From NCBI GenBank assembly GCA_973895155.1, contig OZ316891.1, positions 22,897,884-22,961,883 on the forward strand: DNA of 64,000 nt, given 5' to 3'. Positions 61,634 to 64,000 of the stretch are shown here, one piece after another (positions within the stretch are counted from its first letter, which is position 1; each line of letters opens with the position of its first letter). The stretch is from Marsupella aquatica. Its lineage: Eukaryota; Plantae; Marchantiophyta. The notes below the pieces were generated by a model. That model made no database searches. It was not told the origin of the DNA and saw only the letters and a list, made by a program, of their open reading frames with translations. The position numbers and the translations under genes are program-made.

Positions 61634-64000
61634 TCAGATGACCGGGGGTAAGCCCAAATCTTCTGACTTTGCGCCTTCTCCTGCCATCAGCTCCGGCTTG
61701 ATCCCTTCGGCTTCCTCGACTTCGGGTTCTGGTTTGTCGGCCCCGACATCGGCATCCTCCTGGGAAACGGCTTGGATAGCATTGGCCTTCACTTCCTCAA
61801 TCCAAGCCCGCTCTCCAATATGTTTTGTATCAATCTTCCATGGCTTCACATTCTGGTAGTCCATGGTGGCTGTACCGGTGTCTGAACCTGTTACCGCAGC
61901 TCCAATTTCATCGGCATTACTTATCTCTACCACGGCTGCCTTTGTAGCAACAGTCCCACAAATGTGGGCAGCCATACTCTCGACCTCTTCTGGCGTGGCT
62001 TTAAGAGGTACCCTAGAAGTACCTGCTGGCCCCATGAATGTTTTGGCCAGATCCGCAACCAACTGCATTGCCTTACCCCCTGTTACTCTTGACAATATAG
62101 ATGTCGACTTTCGCACCTCAGTATTCCCGGCGACCACGCCACTAGCGGGAGACCGTCCAATTGGTGATCCATGCCCAGCTTTGGCATACTTTTGCAACTT
62201 CTCTGTTTGATTATCCGCATGCCTCTGCAAGCCGATCATCTTGTCTTTGGCCTCCTCCAGCTCTTGGGATAAATCCTCAACCTCCTCATTAAGGTGCGCC
62301 TCCTCTTTGGCCGTCTTGAGCTCCTAGTTTAAAATCTGCACAATCTCAAACTCCTGCTTATCCAAAGCGGCTCTCTGGGAATTGTTGATGCTTTCCAGCT
62401 TTGTGACCTTGTCCGTCCATGCCTGCTTTGTCCTGATTAGCTCCTCCTGAAGCTCCTTGTGTATTTGTTGGACTCGGTTTAGGTGATCATTGGCCGTTGT
62501 GCAAATGGCGTCATCATGCTTCTCACGCATGGCCTCCAACCGGTCGAGTAACTTGTCATACTTCCTTTGGGCTTCTGCCAAGGCTTTCTTGCTCTGGGTG
62601 GCCTGCTCCTTAGCCGTCTTTCTAAGCCTCTCAACTTGGCGATTTAGACCCTGTACTTCTGCTTTTGAATCGGCTAACTCCAGCTCTACCTTCGTCAATT
62701 TTTCCTTGATTTGCTGGTTATCCAATTGGTAGTTTTCCAATTGGTTGTTTGCCACTTCTAATTCTTGCTGCTTAGCCAAGAGATTCTACTGAGTTGGTTG
62801 ATCAGACTTTGTCTTAGCAACTTTGGCTTCCATGGAGCGAAGCCGAGCGATCACCTCTTCTTTCTTTAATTGCTCCAACGTCATTGCCGAAGATTTCTAA
62901 GGCTAGCAGTCCACACATGTCTTCATACTCCCTAGCCCGATCCCTGGCATATTTTGATCTACCAGGTGATACTGGCATCTGCCAACGAGGCCGTTTCTCC
63001 TAGGCTGCTGCCCGTAATTGATCGAAGTCAGTGAGAGGTTCGGCCTTCTTCTCACTAAGCCGTCTTATTTTCTCCGGCCAATCACCGCCTGGTAGCTGTC
63101 GTTCCTGCATGTCATTTTGGGCCCTCCACTCGTCAAGTTTCTCCTTCAGACTTGCCTCGGCTTCCTTCATTCGGTCAAATTCCAATGGTGTCACGTGCGG
63201 TGGAGGAGACTCTGGGGTTTTCTGATCCTCCGGCTTGCCATAAAAGACTGAGGGAAGTCTTCTACAAAACCTTCCCAACGTTCTCACTCCCGACATCAGT
63301 TTCTCCCCATGATCGACAGAATCATCTCGTAGTCATCCACATTAACCTGACTACCGAGCATGCCGGCCTCTTCTGCAAAGCCCCCAATGTCCTCCTCTGA
63401 GTATTGTTGGGCTGCCACTGGTTGATTTACCTCCATCGGTTCCTCCACTCGGGCCCGGCTATAAGCTCTAAGGACTGGCCTCTCCGGACTTCGGCCTCGG
63501 CTTCCATCTTCTGACTCCGAATCCATTTGCTCATCTCGTTTCTTTCTTTCTTTGGCAGTCATCTTCCTCTCTACCAGTTGAATACCTATATATGGGTTGT
63601 TACGAGTAGGCCGTCACAGCGGATTTCTCACCACATCATATGTTACCACCTCTGGTTCCTTGAGAGGGGAATTCTCCCGTCCCTGGACTGCCTGTATTGC
63701 CAACCTCTTCTCTTGCCGTCGCTTGTTCAGGGGCTGCTCGTCCTCCGCCACCTCCTCAAGTGGTGCAATGATTGGCATCCACTCCTGTATAGGCAACACT
63801 GGTGCAAAAGACTGGCTTCTTGCATATCGGCAAAGTAATTGCAGATGGTACCCTAGTCTGGATACCGCTCCTTCCCCAATGCTCTGCTTCTCTTCATTCA
63901 ATGCCTTCTTCAACTGCATTAAGAGATAGCCGTTGTAGTCTCGGCTTGAATTGATATTCTCCACCAAAAATACCTGGGCTTTACCGATTTCTGCTCTTGG
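61634..64000 (-). pseudogene. Disrupted long ORF encoding an acidic/coiled-coil protein, probably transposon-associated
   Basis: Successive intronless minus-strand fragments (63614-63967, 63296-63562, 63000-63296, 62324-62779, 61634-62239) with heptad-rich E/K/Q/L composition, separated by single stops or frameshifts; no recognisable domain. Confidence 0.5.

Overview
Land-plant nuclear DNA, most likely from a non-seed plant (inferred from the gene content). It has spliceosomal introns and is dominated by transposons. There are three apparently intact genes, all on the minus strand: (1) a two-exon, bacterial-type PrpF/LigU/GalD-family isomerase (9942-12200), a horizontal-transfer candidate; (2) a six-exon CURVATURE THYLAKOID 1 gene (18219-21187) that the ORF track misses; (3) an At1g76660-like Ser/Pro-rich protein with tandem repeats (52342-56177). 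An old tandem duplication (about 8.95-15.64 kb vs about 34.0-38.8 kb) carries decayed metazoan-type phosphatidylinositol transfer protein (PITP) genes. The second copy lacks the roughly 3.7 kb segment that holds the PrpF gene. Mobile elements: a probable Kolobok-type DNA transposon at the left edge, a Tnt1/Tork-like Copia, a full-length Bianca Copia with an extra coiled-coil leader, a solo LTR, a CRE-type RLE non-LTR element inserted at the PITP start codon, a Helitron RepHel remnant, two MULE-like non-autonomous elements, SINE-like copies and a double-hairpin insertion. All family assignments come from motif recognition by eye, not database searches.
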